Below, one piece after another: positions 36,596-45,878 of a stretch of DNA of 64,000 nt. The stretch is taken from IMG/VR virus record IMGVR_UViG_3300010149_000008; one strand, 5' to 3'. The translations under genes were made by a program, and so were the position numbers. The notes under the pieces are model-generated. The model was not told where the DNA came from and did not search any database. It saw only the letters and a program-made list of their open reading frames with translations. This DNA comes from a virus (lineage: Duplodnaviria > Caudoviricetes). The first letter of the stretch is position 1; each line of letters starts with the position of its first letter.

Positions 36596-36911
36596 AAGGC
36601 AAATGATTTTCTGGTTTTGAAAAATATTTATGCAAGTGATATTCGTTTACAATACAAGCTTGATTTGTCTTAAGTCTTGTCAAGCTAATCCTGACCATCC
36701 TTGTCGCACCTTTAGTTTCTAGTACTTCGCTTCCTAGATAAACAAAAGGTTCGTTTAACTTAATAGGTAACTTTTGCCCGTCTAATCTTAGCTCTCTTTT
36801 TGCCGGCATAAAATAATTACCTTTGTTCCTAAGATAAACAAAGGATCCAGAGCCTGATTTGCTATTAAAAATAATAATGTCGCCTTTTCTTATTTCAACG
36901 TATTTAACCAT
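36579..36911 (-). CDS. Hypothetical protein
   Basis: Promoter and AGGAG upstream. Confidence 0.7.
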   Translation of the reverse strand: MVKYVEIRKGDIIIFNSKSGSGSFVYLRNKGNYFMPAKRELRLDGQKLPIKLNEPFVYLGSEVLETKGATRMVRISLTRLKTNQACIVNEYHLHKYFSKPENHLPYVENY

Positions 36912-36930
36912 TATTGTCTCCTTTTTATAT

Positions 36931-36959
36931 ATTATAACAAAAATTTTTACTATTTACAC
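36931..36959 (-). promoter_or_regulatory. Promoter (GTGTAA-N17-TATAAT)
   Basis: Recurrent motif; overlaps the last codons of 36950-37879. Confidence 0.75.
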
Positions 36960-37879
36960 GTATTAACTAACTCATTCGTTGCCCAATCAACATTTCTATA
37001 TTTATTTGAAAAATATACACCGTATCCTGAACTGTTAGGTTGCTGGATTTTCTTATCCAATACTTCCTCTTTTGCAAAACCGATAAACATAGTAAGTAAA
37101 TTATCTGGCAGCCTAACAGTCTTATGCAGCCTTTTAACATTTACTTTAAAGATTTCTTCTTTGATGTTGTAATGGCTTGGCCAGTTGTTTTCAACAGCTT
37201 TGTAAAGGCATTCTAAAAATATGCTTTGTGTTTTTTTGTCTTCTGATATATTTTCTAAATTTCTATACTTTAAATATTTTATTATCCTTGCTATTGTAAA
37301 AGGAGAGTCTGAAGAGCTTAGTTTAAGTATTTTTTTTGCATCACACTCTAATGCTTCTTCTTCATAATAAACTATGTAATCATTTTTTTCTTTTAAAATT
37401 CCATACTTACAGTTTAATACGTCAAAAGAGTTAAAACATTCTTCGATATTTTTGAAGAAAAATTTATTTACCAACTGTACTTTTATATCTTTTATTTCTG
37501 AAATGTTATCATCGAAATAGTCAAAATTTAATGCAAAGTCGCTAGTGTAACAATTTAATTTTGGATGTTCAAAAACGTTATCATAGTGACTTAAATTTTT
37601 CATATGTCCTGATATTTTTTTATATGCAAGATCATATTCGTTTTTTGAGTTGCAAAATAAGTCTATGTCCCCTGAGCTGTAATATTCTGATAGGTAATTT
37701 ATAATTCTATTAGTCTTTTTATTATTGCTATTTATATCAAAATGTGCATGACAAACTTCTCTTGCAAAACCTCCAGCTATCCAAAAGTTTGAGTCAAATG
37801 CTATTTCAATAACTGGGTTTCTAAATATATTATTTAACTGTTCTTTGTGTATACCTTCGACAATAAAAGACTTGATCAT
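36950..37879 (-). CDS. Nucleotidyltransferase (Pol beta / CCA-adding head superfamily)
   Basis: WIAGGFARE, GDIDLF, SFDVLNC. Confidence 0.7.
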   Translation of the reverse strand: MIKSFIVEGIHKEQLNNIFRNPVIEIAFDSNFWIAGGFAREVCHAHFDINSNNKKTNRIINYLSEYYSSGDIDLFCNSKNEYDLAYKKISGHMKNLSHYDNVFEHPKLNCYTSDFALNFDYFDDNISEIKDIKVQLVNKFFFKNIEECFNSFDVLNCKYGILKEKNDYIVYYEEEALECDAKKILKLSSSDSPFTIARIIKYLKYRNLENISEDKKTQSIFLECLYKAVENNWPSHYNIKEEIFKVNVKRLHKTVRLPDNLLTMFIGFAKEEVLDKKIQQPNSSGYGVYFSNKYRNVDWATNELVNTCK

Positions 37880-37928
37880 TTTTTCTCCAGAAAAGTGTTA
37901 GAAAGAAAAGAGTTTTACTATGAAAAGT

Positions 37929-38477
37929 TTAATAAGTATACTCAAGCAATCCTTCAAGCTTTAGAAATTTCTCCCATTCTTTAAGCTCGAGCTCAGTACA
38001 GCTTGAAAGCTTAGCCTCTTTTATTATCTCATTTGTTTGTCTAACAATTTCTTCAGCTTCTCCATTATTAATTGTACTGTTTTTTGTTTTTCTTCTTTTA
38101 GGCAAAGGCTTTTCTTGCTTTTTCTTTCTATCTTCTGGATTGATTTCTAACTGCATCTTTACTGGTGTATTTCCAAGCAAAGGTAAATCCTTGACTTGAT
38201 TATCATTTATAATTAATACACAGTCTGGGTGATCAATTTTTGAACCTCTTTTCCTTACTTCGAAAATAACTTGAGGATTATCTTCGCTTCCTGTAGGTTT
38301 TGAAAATCTTATCCAGGCAAAACCTTCTCTTTCAACATGCCTTACATACTCAATACCATCAGGAGAATTTGCAATTGTCATTACTTTATTATACACATTA
38401 GAATCATTAGGTACCTTTACCCAACAATTACCTCTGCCTTTATATCGATCTCTTATTGTATTTTTAAAATTTGACAT
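37929..38477 (-). CDS. Paralog family A member 2
   Basis: YKGRGNCWVK, GFAWIRF, FEVRKRGSKIDHP. Confidence 0.75.
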   Translation of the reverse strand: MSNFKNTIRDRYKGRGNCWVKVPNDSNVYNKVMTIANSPDGIEYVRHVEREGFAWIRFSKPTGSEDNPQVIFEVRKRGSKIDHPDCVLIINDNQVKDLPLLGNTPVKMQLEINPEDRKKKQEKPLPKRRKTKNSTINNGEAEEIVRQTNEIIKEAKLSSCTELELKEWEKFLKLEGLLEYTY

Positions 38478-38519
38478 ATTAAAGTTACCTTTTTAAGTTT
38501 TGTTGATGTTGTTTTGTAT

Positions 38520-38549
38520 ATTATAAATTAAAGTTTATCTAATATACAC
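38520..38549 (-). promoter_or_regulatory. Promoter (GTGTAT-N18-TATAAT)
   Basis: Recurrent motif. Confidence 0.75.
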
Positions 38550-38552
38550 GCA

Positions 38553-38810
38553 TTAAGAAATTAACTTTGATTTTCCTTGCCCAGGACCTACTGTTTGACC
38601 AGTCTGTGCAGCAGGTGTTCCTGCTGTTGCAACAGGAATTCCGGGAAGAACGTCTATTAAAATATCTGCAGATGTTACAAACTCGTGTATTGCTTTAGCA
38701 ACTGCATCACATCTTTGCTTTACTTTAGCTTTAGCTTCGCTTGTCATTTCAGTATCTTTTGTTTCTGCTTCAAAGAGTTCACTTGACAATTTTTCTTTTT
38801 TTAAAGCCAT
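38553..38810 (-). CDS. Small protein, possibly baseplate/spike-associated
   Basis: AKAIHEFV...PGIPVATAGTPAAQTGQTVGPGQG. Confidence 0.45.
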   Translation of the reverse strand: MALKKEKLSSELFEAETKDTEMTSEAKAKVKQRCDAVAKAIHEFVTSADILIDVLPGIPVATAGTPAAQTGQTVGPGQGKSKLIS

Positions 38811-38813
38811 TAT

Positions 38814-39095
38814 CTATTCCGTTTCTATAATATTGTAGCTGAAAATGATGAAGCTTTCTTTTGTATTAGTATCTTTTACTTCAAGCATAACATCACAATC
38901 TGTAGTTACTGTGACTTCTTCAACTATTCCAGTTTTAACGTTTTCTTTAATTACATCATCAACGACTACAGGCACATTAAATTTTATTTGTTTGTTTAGC
39001 AAGTAAGACTTTGAAATTTTATTGACATCTAAATAGTACAGTTCATGTTTACTTTTTATTTCTTTTAACAGATTTTCTAATAAGTCTTTGTTCAT
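38814..39095 (-). CDS. Hypothetical protein
   Basis: Co-oriented ORF. Confidence 0.65.
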   Translation of the reverse strand: MNKDLLENLLKEIKSKHELYYLDVNKISKSYLLNKQIKFNVPVVVDDVIKENVKTGIVEEVTVTTDCDVMLEVKDTNTKESFIIFSYNIIETE

Positions 39096-39098
39096 TTT

Positions 39099-39344
39099 TT
39101 ATTTACCTTTTTTAAATAAGTTTTCAATAACTACTAAAAACTTTAGCATTGTTATTTCAACGTAAATTAAAGTTTTTAATACTAAAGAAGGATTGTTTGA
39201 AACTACATACATTTTTTGAAATTGTTTGTTTTGTTTTTTTGTTGGTTTACCTGAAACGATCCATGATAGTTCTCCTTCTTCACTAACAATAGCTAACATA
39301 ATGCTACCAGATAAAATTTGTTTTTCTAAGTTTTCATCTAACAA
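39099..39344 (-). CDS. Hypothetical protein
   Basis: TTG start with GAGG. Confidence 0.6.
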   Translation of the reverse strand: MLDENLEKQILSGSIMLAIVSEEGELSWIVSGKPTKKQNKQFQKMYVVSNNPSLVLKTLIYVEITMLKFLVVIENLFKKGK

Positions 39345-39409
39345 TTTATTTCCTCATATTTATTATTATATTATTTATATGAAAATTTACAACACAGAAA
39401 CGAAATAAA

Positions 39410-40249
39410 ATGAAATTTATAGTATTTTTTTTGAGTTTATTATTATTAGCTTTTGACATTCCAATTGAAAAGATAAAGTCTTCTTACGGTCATATAGAAG
39501 CTTATTATAAAGTTCAACCGAAACAAAGTTTGGATTGTGAAAATTGCTTTACATCGATGGAGGCTTTTCAAGAGATAAGATCAATAAACAAAAAGCTAAT
39601 GCAAATGGCGTATGTCAAAGCTTCTTCTTTTATAGTTAAAAAGAAAAAATCAGAAACTATTTCTATTACTTCTGAACATGTTTGCAAAGAATTAAGCGTC
39701 TTTTTAAGAGATCAAAAGTTCAAAGCTTTAGCAAAAGATTTGATGAAGACAATGGCAAAAACATATGCAGACAGTGCTTTATATTCAGAGATATACAGAA
39801 CTTATGAAATCGTTCCAAAAGCTTATATATATTCTTTTGAAGGAGTAAAGCATGAAATAACATCGATAATACTCTCAGACAGTAAAATTGATACATGTGC
39901 AATTAAATCTTTAGGCGTCTGGGGAAAAGAAGTAACTTTTGCAAAGAGTGGTTGTTTATATGAAAAAATATTTAATATGTCTAGCTCAGGGGGATATTAT
40001 CATAAAGGATCAGTAGCTCTAAGAGAAGGATATGTTAACGGAAGAGTTGAAGAGTTAAGAATACAAGAAAGAAAGTTTAAAGAAGTAAATCTGTATACTT
40101 TGCTAGTTAAACCAGGCGCATCAGGATCTGCTGTATTCAATGTTAAAGGAGAAGTATGTGGATCAGTTAATATATCTTTTATAAAAGTTGATTTAAGTGC
40201 TGGTGCTTCTTATTCTGATCTAACTCAATTTTATAAACAATTGCGTTAA
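39410..40249 (+). CDS. Secreted trypsin-like serine protease
   Basis: Signal peptide; ITSEHVC, IDTCAI, PGASGSAVFN triad. Confidence 0.8.
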   Translation: MKFIVFFLSLLLLAFDIPIEKIKSSYGHIEAYYKVQPKQSLDCENCFTSMEAFQEIRSINKKLMQMAYVKASSFIVKKKKSETISITSEHVCKELSVFLRDQKFKALAKDLMKTMAKTYADSALYSEIYRTYEIVPKAYIYSFEGVKHEITSIILSDSKIDTCAIKSLGVWGKEVTFAKSGCLYEKIFNMSSSGGYYHKGSVALREGYVNGRVEELRIQERKFKEVNLYTLLVKPGASGSAVFNVKGEVCGSVNISFIKVDLSAGASYSDLTQFYKQLR

Positions 40250-40397
40250 AATATTCTTCAACGTTCCAGTTATGTCTAGAAGATAAAAGATTTCCTTTTC
40301 TATCATAAACTGAGCTGCAAATCTTGCATTGAACAATATCACTATGAAACTTTAAAATAACAGCACCACACTTACATTTTGTTAACATACTTTTCAC
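40179..40397 (-). CDS. Small Zn-ribbon-like protein
   Basis: CKC...CKIC; convergent overlap with the protease. Confidence 0.5.
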   Translation of the reverse strand: MKSMLTKCKCGAVILKFHSDIVQCKICSSVYDRKGNLLSSRHNWNVEEYFNAIVYKIELDQNKKHQHLNQLL

Positions 40398-40481
40398 TCT
40401 TCCTTAGGATTAAATATTTCGTATAGATTGTTATCTATGTCACAGTCTTCATTGCTTATGAAAAAACACCATAAAAACATG

Positions 40482-40733
40482 TTATTTTACCTTTCTTGCG
40501 CAATTTTTTGAATTCTGTATTTGACTAACATTATGTCCATGAAGAACTAAAAGTCTGCATACTTTTATTAGACTACTAGCTTGATACTTTGATTTAATTT
40601 TACAGCTTTTCTTTACATTATGTATGCACTTATGATACGCTGGTTTTCTTTTTAAATTATTCGTATTTAATCCATACTCAGCCAAAGCAGTTGCTGATAT
40701 TGACAACGATAAAAAAACTATTAATTTCATCAT
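40482..40733 (-). CDS. Small secreted hypothetical protein
   Basis: Signal-peptide-like N-terminus. Confidence 0.6.
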   Translation of the reverse strand: MMKLIVFLSLSISATALAEYGLNTNNLKRKPAYHKCIHNVKKSCKIKSKYQASSLIKVCRLLVLHGHNVSQIQNSKNCARKVK

Positions 40734-40993
40734 TCTATATTCCAGTTTTTACCGGGTAGATTATATTCACCGTCATCTTCCTTAAATCTATTTTTAATAT
40801 CAAACCTTTCAGCAACTGTCTGAGAAACATTGACAGCGACTTTGTGACTAGAAAAAGTTTTTGTAATTACTTTGTTTCTAAAAGTTACAGTAAGAAGATG
40901 ATCATTACTTAAGTGCATTGTACCCCAATTTACGTTTGACCTTTTATGTAAATTATATCCTTCTTCTGTTTTCATCCAGATTAATCTTTTCAT
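40730..40993 (-). CDS. Hypothetical protein
   Basis: ATGA overlap. Confidence 0.65.
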   Translation of the reverse strand: MKRLIWMKTEEGYNLHKRSNVNWGTMHLSNDHLLTVTFRNKVITKTFSSHKVAVNVSQTVAERFDIKNRFKEDDGEYNLPGKNWNIE

Positions 40994-41039
40994 ATTATGA
41001 AACCTTTCACATTAATATTATTATAAAAACTAGCTGAGA

Positions 41040-41381
41040 TTAATAGTGTTCTTTAAAAAGACTGTCTACTAGCCCAGGCATAAAAAATTGTTTTGCATGT
41101 GTTAAACATGTAATTTCTTTATTGTATAAAGCTTTTTGTCTTGTTTTTTCTGAATATGCGTAAAATGTTTTGCTTGACACATTAAAGCATATACTTTTGT
41201 AAGCCCCTCTACAATAGTTGTCTGATATTGTCCAGACATCATCATCCACATTGAATTTAACAAAAATACATTTATCACCTTGACTAAAAGATTTTCCGTG
41301 ATTAAAAGCTAATTTTGCTAATTCTTTTATTCTTTGTGGTGGGCTTCCGAATTCTTTTATAGACTTATTTTCAAAAATCAA
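41040..41381 (-). CDS. Hypothetical protein
   Basis: Promoter upstream at 41411-41439. Confidence 0.7.
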   Translation of the reverse strand: MIFENKSIKEFGSPPQRIKELAKLAFNHGKSFSQGDKCIFVKFNVDDDVWTISDNYCRGAYKSICFNVSSKTFYAYSEKTRQKALYNKEITCLTHAKQFFMPGLVDSLFKEHY

Positions 41382-41410
41382 ATTATTCTCTTTTTTGTTT
41401 AAGAAGATTA

Positions 41411-41439
41411 ATTATATCAAAATTAAAACAATTCTACAC
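41411..41439 (-). promoter_or_regulatory. Promoter (GTGTAG-N17-TATAAT)
   Basis: Recurrent motif. Confidence 0.7.
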
Positions 41440-41470
41440 GCTTAAATACTTTTAATTAAAACTAATTATC

Positions 41471-42067
41471 TTAGCCCCAAGCACTTCCTTGTTTGTTTTT
41501 AAATGACTTTTTACTTTTTGAAGTAGCTGAATTACGTACGTCAGGCCATAAATAATATACTGTATAACCATGTTCAGACTTATATACAGCTTTTTGTTTT
41601 CTACCGTTAATATCAATTTCTCCATAGTAATATTTTTGCGGGTCTCCTTGATAAGGTCCAGCTGGCCATGGTACGTCGAAGCTTCCATCATTACTGACAC
41701 CTATGCCATTATTTATTCCAGCTTCGTATATTAAATCGTCTTCTGTCATTACAATATCACCAACATCAACATCACTGGGGAAGCCAGACATACCTTTGAT
41801 ATGCTTTGTTAGACTTTCAATTTCAATTTGATAACCATATTCTTCATTAATCATTTCTTCATCACCATGCTGATCAAACCTGTCGTAGCAATAAAAAATA
41901 TCTTTACCATGAATATCTTCTAACTCTTTCAACAAATCTTTTGCTTTTTTTGTAGGATTGTGTCTAGTTCTTGTTATAGATCCTCCTTGAGATTCGTTAA
42001 CTTTACTTTTAAATTCGAACTTTCGCCATTCTTTTAAGATTTTTTTTGTCTCATTAGTTTTTTTCAT
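41471..42067 (-). CDS. Hypothetical protein with TKxxLKEW N-tag and GSAWG C-tag
   Basis: Termini shared with 42964-43707. Confidence 0.75.
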   Translation of the reverse strand: MKKTNETKKILKEWRKFEFKSKVNESQGGSITRTRHNPTKKAKDLLKELEDIHGKDIFYCYDRFDQHGDEEMINEEYGYQIEIESLTKHIKGMSGFPSDVDVGDIVMTEDDLIYEAGINNGIGVSNDGSFDVPWPAGPYQGDPQKYYYGEIDINGRKQKAVYKSEHGYTVYYLWPDVRNSATSKSKKSFKNKQGSAWG

Positions 42068-42104
42068 GTTGCATCCTTTATTTGCTTTCTATAATAAATA
42101 TAAT

Positions 42105-42335
42105 CTATATATATAAAATTACGTATTTACCAAACCATATATCAAAAGTACTAATTAAATCTTCATAGTTACTCATCTTCATTGTTTTGATAATATCTTC
42201 TATTATTATTTTGTCATAACCTAGCTGTTTTCCCAGGCTTTCAGCAAGTGACATCAAGTAATATGCATTACCATTAGGCCCACTAAGGTCAACTTCTATG
42301 TGTCTGGCAGGTTTTTCTTCTATACTTTTAATCAT
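42105..42335 (-). CDS. Conserved small phage protein
   Basis: DLSGPNGNAYYLM...NYEDLI..FD..FG. Confidence 0.75.
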   Translation of the reverse strand: MIKSIEEKPARHIEVDLSGPNGNAYYLMSLAESLGKQLGYDKIIIEDIIKTMKMSNYEDLISTFDIWFGKYVILYI

Positions 42336-42338
42336 ATT

Positions 42339-42602
42339 TCATTCCTTAAAGCTTATAAGTTTAAACATGTCATTTGATTTGCTGCTAAATAACTCACTTG
42401 CATACACTGACTTAAATTTAATCTTTCTGTTATTTATTAAGAATACTAAAGACCTTTCTTTATAGGTTGCTCCAAAGTTATTATCTAAAACTAAAAGTAT
42501 ACTTCCTTCTTTTATTACTTTATGATTAAAATGATCTTGCCAAAAGTTAAAAGTTTTTTTAACAAACAACAAGTCGTTTTCTTTTACTTCGTTTATGATC
42601 AT
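42339..42602 (-). CDS. Hypothetical protein
   Basis: Co-oriented ORF. Confidence 0.6.
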   Translation of the reverse strand: MIINEVKENDLLFVKKTFNFWQDHFNHKVIKEGSILLVLDNNFGATYKERSLVFLINNRKIKFKSVYASELFSSKSNDMFKLISFKE

Positions 42603-42610
42603 AAAATTAT

Positions 42611-42877
42611 CTATTTAACTATAAAACTATTCTTGCCTTTTTTAAAGCTTTGATAAACTGATTTTTCTACTAAAGCCCAGTATTTTTTACAACTTACATT
42701 AGCAAACATTTTTTCTCTATTTCTATAATGATCTATACCATTAAGAAACTTAATGCAGCCTAAAGTTTTTACTTCTTTTTCAAAGACACCTATACATACA
42801 GCATAAACATAATCTTCTAACTCTAGACAGCTTTTTAGATAGTTTATTTCTCGAGAAAGCTGTTTATAATTATTCAA
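42611..42877 (-). CDS. Hypothetical protein
   Basis: AGGAG upstream. Confidence 0.6.
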   Translation of the reverse strand: MNNYKQLSREINYLKSCLELEDYVYAVCIGVFEKEVKTLGCIKFLNGIDHYRNREKMFANVSCKKYWALVEKSVYQSFKKGKNSFIVK

Positions 42878-42963
42878 TACATATCTCCTTAATGTTATGT
42901 CAAATCTAATTAAACCTAAAATAGATAGTTATAGATATACTATGAAAAAGGTAATAGACGATT

Positions 42964-43707
42964 ATGAGAAAAGTCATTCAGACAAAAGAAGTTTTAAAAG
43001 AATGGAATTCTTTTTTAATAAAAGAATCAAATGCTGATAGAGTAAAAAGGATGATTGATGATCTAGAAAGCTTTGGAAAACAAATTCATATTACAGAGCC
43101 AAGTAAAAGCGTTATTGTAATTACTTATGGAAAAAATTACACTAGCGGTAATCGAGATGCATCAAAAAACTTATTTGGACAGATACGCTGTTCAGACACT
43201 TCAGCGTCATATGATGATAAACAAAAAGGCATTGGAGCAGGAGAAACAAACTCTTGTTGGGAAGTTGATTTAACTAGTCACACTACTAAGGGAATGGGTC
43301 CTTTGCTTTATGAAGTGCTTATTGAATATATTAGCAATATAAAAAGAGCTTCGCTTAAACCAGATGCATCCTCAGTTTCTGATTTAGCAAAAAATGTGTG
43401 GAATAAGTTTAACGATAGACCGCAGAACGATGTTAAAAAAATTCAGTTAGATGTTGGTGAAAAAACTGTATATAGATTTAAGAGATACAAAAACCAAGAT
43501 GTTAAACAACTAACACCTGACAATGTTGAAGATGATACGATGCAGGATTCATCAATAAGAGACAAAGGTTTTGATGCTTGGGAAGAAAGTGCTTTAAGTA
43601 AAGCCTATAAAAAACTAGATATGCCGATTATAGATGAACTTAAAGCTAGAAATCTAATTATAATGCCTAAAACATTTAAAAGCAAACTAGGCAGTGCATG
43701 GGGTTAA
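42964..43707 (+). CDS. GNAT-like protein with TKxxLKEW N-tag and GSAWG C-tag
   Basis: KGMGPLLYE, SVSDLAKNVW, QLD, LTP..DD, SALSKAYKK. Confidence 0.6.
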   Translation: MRKVIQTKEVLKEWNSFLIKESNADRVKRMIDDLESFGKQIHITEPSKSVIVITYGKNYTSGNRDASKNLFGQIRCSDTSASYDDKQKGIGAGETNSCWEVDLTSHTTKGMGPLLYEVLIEYISNIKRASLKPDASSVSDLAKNVWNKFNDRPQNDVKKIQLDVGEKTVYRFKRYKNQDVKQLTPDNVEDDTMQDSSIRDKGFDAWEESALSKAYKKLDMPIIDELKARNLIIMPKTFKSKLGSAWG

Positions 43708-43725
43708 TTTTAAGTGATATGAGAA

Positions 43726-44562
43726 TTAGTAATTTGTGATATAAAGATGATTAACTTTTCTTTGAACTTTATTTCTATCTTTAAAAGCAATATTGTAATT
43801 AAACTTATTGCTTTTAATGTTAAATTTCTGGTAAAGACTCTCATATAAAACATCTTCGCAGTGCACAATCATCCAATTTGCATGCTTTATATTAGCTACC
43901 TCATGAAACAATTCAACGTGATGTCTATCATTCCACTCTTCAACAGGATATCCTGCCCTATTTCTGTAGGGAGGATCTATAAATATAAAGTTGTCTTTTT
44001 TGTCGTTTGCCCTAATACACTTTTTATAGTCTTCACAAGTTATAACTGTTTTGTTCTTTAGAAAGTCATGATGCTTTTGTGTTAGATTATTAGTAAACTT
44101 TTTATACCATCCATAGGGTACATTAAAGTTTTTTGTTTTTTCGTTGACTCTTAACATTCCGCTAAAGCATAGCTGTCTGATTATGAAAAAAGCGTATGCA
44201 GCTTCTGCTCTTTTAGAGTAATCTTTATTGTTTAAAATATCACGCTGCTTATAGAACTCGTCTTCCAGAGAATGTAGATTAGCTCTGTTTGGGTCATCTT
44301 TTCTAGCAAAGGGTATATTAGAATATGCATTTCTAATTAAACTGTCAATCTTTGAGTAATCGCTAGGGTCTGCTATCGCTTCGTAAAAATTACTAATGTC
44401 TTTGTCTAGATCGTTAATAACAGATTTTTTTTCCAAGTGAAAAGCAATTGCAGCGCTTCCTGCAAAAGGCTCTACTACAGTATCAATAGTTTGAGGAAGC
44501 AATTCTACAATTCTTTTAGTCTCTTGCTTTTTTCCACCTGGCCACTTAAACAACTTCTTCAT
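43726..44562 (-). CDS. Dam/DpnM-family N6-adenine DNA methyltransferase
   Basis: KWPGGK, EPFAGSAA, NDLD, NVPYG, FIDPPY. Confidence 0.92.
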   Translation of the reverse strand: MKKLFKWPGGKKQETKRIVELLPQTIDTVVEPFAGSAAIAFHLEKKSVINDLDKDISNFYEAIADPSDYSKIDSLIRNAYSNIPFARKDDPNRANLHSLEDEFYKQRDILNNKDYSKRAEAAYAFFIIRQLCFSGMLRVNEKTKNFNVPYGWYKKFTNNLTQKHHDFLKNKTVITCEDYKKCIRANDKKDNFIFIDPPYRNRAGYPVEEWNDRHHVELFHEVANIKHANWMIVHCEDVLYESLYQKFNIKSNKFNYNIAFKDRNKVQRKVNHLYITNY

Positions 44563-45256
44563 TTAATAAGCTTTCTAAAACACTTATGTGTTTTTTAATA
44601 TTTGAAGTTAACTTAGTTTTTCCGTCTTTTTTAGTACGAGAAGCAAAATTATCTGTATCAAATCCCGGAAACATTTCTAAGAATTCTTTTGAACCAATCC
44701 TTACACAATCTTTATGAGTAATTTGATTTGAAATGTTTAATTCAACAAATGTTTTCCAATAACTTTGACTTTGATCACCAACAGTCAATATAACAAATTT
44801 ATTACAACCAGACTTTTTAAATCTTTGAATATAATCGTCAGCTTTAAATTTACTGTCAAAAGTACCATTTTCACCACCATTTTTAACTTCACAGTAAGTC
44901 TTGATGCCTGTTTCATTGTGTATTACTAAAACGTCAATATATGATTTTTTTTCTTTAGTTTTACCATTACTATCTTTCATTGTATATTTGTTTAATACAT
45001 GAGAAGTAGCTGTAAAATCTTTACAATATGTGTTTATTGTTTCTTCGATAATACTTTCTAAAGTAAAAGAGTTAGAAATATTTGAACCATGTATAAGTCC
45101 TCTTAAAGCATTACATAATTCAAGATCATTTGTTTCACTTAAGTAACATGAAAGAGAATTAAACATATCAATTCTCTTTTGTAGGTTTTCATTTGATATG
45201 TCGTAGTAACTTTTAACTTTAGTGTCGCTAGATGATGTTTTATTCCATTTATTCAT
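44546..45256 (-). CDS. Putative type II restriction endonuclease (PD-(D/E)xK)
   Basis: YIDVLV...YCEVKNG; overlaps the MTase start by 17 nt. Confidence 0.6.
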   Translation of the reverse strand: MNKWNKTSSSDTKVKSYYDISNENLQKRIDMFNSLSCYLSETNDLELCNALRGLIHGSNISNSFTLESIIEETINTYCKDFTATSHVLNKYTMKDSNGKTKEKKSYIDVLVIHNETGIKTYCEVKNGGENGTFDSKFKADDYIQRFKKSGCNKFVILTVGDQSQSYWKTFVELNISNQITHKDCVRIGSKEFLEMFPGFDTDNFASRTKKDGKTKLTSNIKKHISVLESLLNEEVV

Positions 45257-45294
45257 GTTGTTTCCTTAAATATGTAGGTTTGTTGTTATGATTT

Positions 45295-45323
45295 ATTATA
45301 TTACAATATTGATTATTTTACAC
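45295..45323 (-). promoter_or_regulatory. Promoter (GTGTAA-N17-TATAAT) for the endonuclease-MTase operon
   Basis: Recurrent motif. Confidence 0.75.
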
Positions 45324-45447
45324 GCAATTGTTTTTAAAAAGGATGTTTACTATAACAATTAAATGCATGAGATAAATAGCATATTAACTTAGAGAAAATG
45401 TGTATTGCAGATAAAGAAAAACATAATAATGAGTTAGTAATCAAAAA

Positions 45448-45530
45448 TACCACCAGCCGGGATCGAACCGGCACGACATAATGTCGGGGGATTTTAAGTC
45501 CCCTGCGTCTACCTATTCCGCCATGATGGT
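45448..45530 (-). tRNA. tRNA-Leu(TAA), no encoded CCA
   Basis: Acceptor ACCATCA/TGGTGGT; GGGGA-CTTAAAA-TCCCC; long variable arm; GGTTCGA. Confidence 0.95.
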
Positions 45531-45534
45531 GTAA

Positions 45535-45607
45535 AGCTAATAAAGGGACTCGAACCCTTAACCTGCTGATTACAAATCAGCTGCTCTGCCAATTGAGCTA
45601 TATTAGC
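45535..45607 (-). tRNA. tRNA-Thr(TGT), no encoded CCA
   Basis: Acceptor GCTAATA/TATTAGC; GCTGA-TTTGTAA-TCAGC; GGTTCGAG. Confidence 0.95.
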
Positions 45608-45614
45608 GATATAG

Positions 45615-45686
45615 TACACCCGGTAGGATTTGAACCTACGACCAATGGCTTAGAAGGCCACTGCTCTTCCACTGAGCTACGAGTGC
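45615..45686 (-). tRNA. tRNA-Arg(TCT), no encoded CCA
   Basis: Acceptor GCACTCG/CGGGTGT; GTGGC-CTTCTAA-GCCAT; GGTTCAAA. Confidence 0.95.
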
Positions 45687-45713
45687 TTATTGAGCATTAT
45701 ATGATACTGTATT

Positions 45714-45878
45714 TTAAGTAAATAATTTATTTATAATGTAAATTAAAAAAATAGAAACAAACCCAGGAGTATAAAAAACAATGCAAAATCTGAAGGATAG
45801 GTTTAATACTTCAAGATAAGTTAACTTTTTATCTTTTATAATATAGTCTTTAATGTCATTTATTGTTTTTTTATACAT
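45714..45878 (-). CDS. Small membrane protein (start revised to MYKKT)
   Basis: Hydrophobic C-terminus; the longer start overlaps the upstream gene. Confidence 0.45.
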   Translation of the reverse strand: MYKKTINDIKDYIIKDKKLTYLEVLNLSFRFCIVFYTPGFVSIFLIYIINKLFT

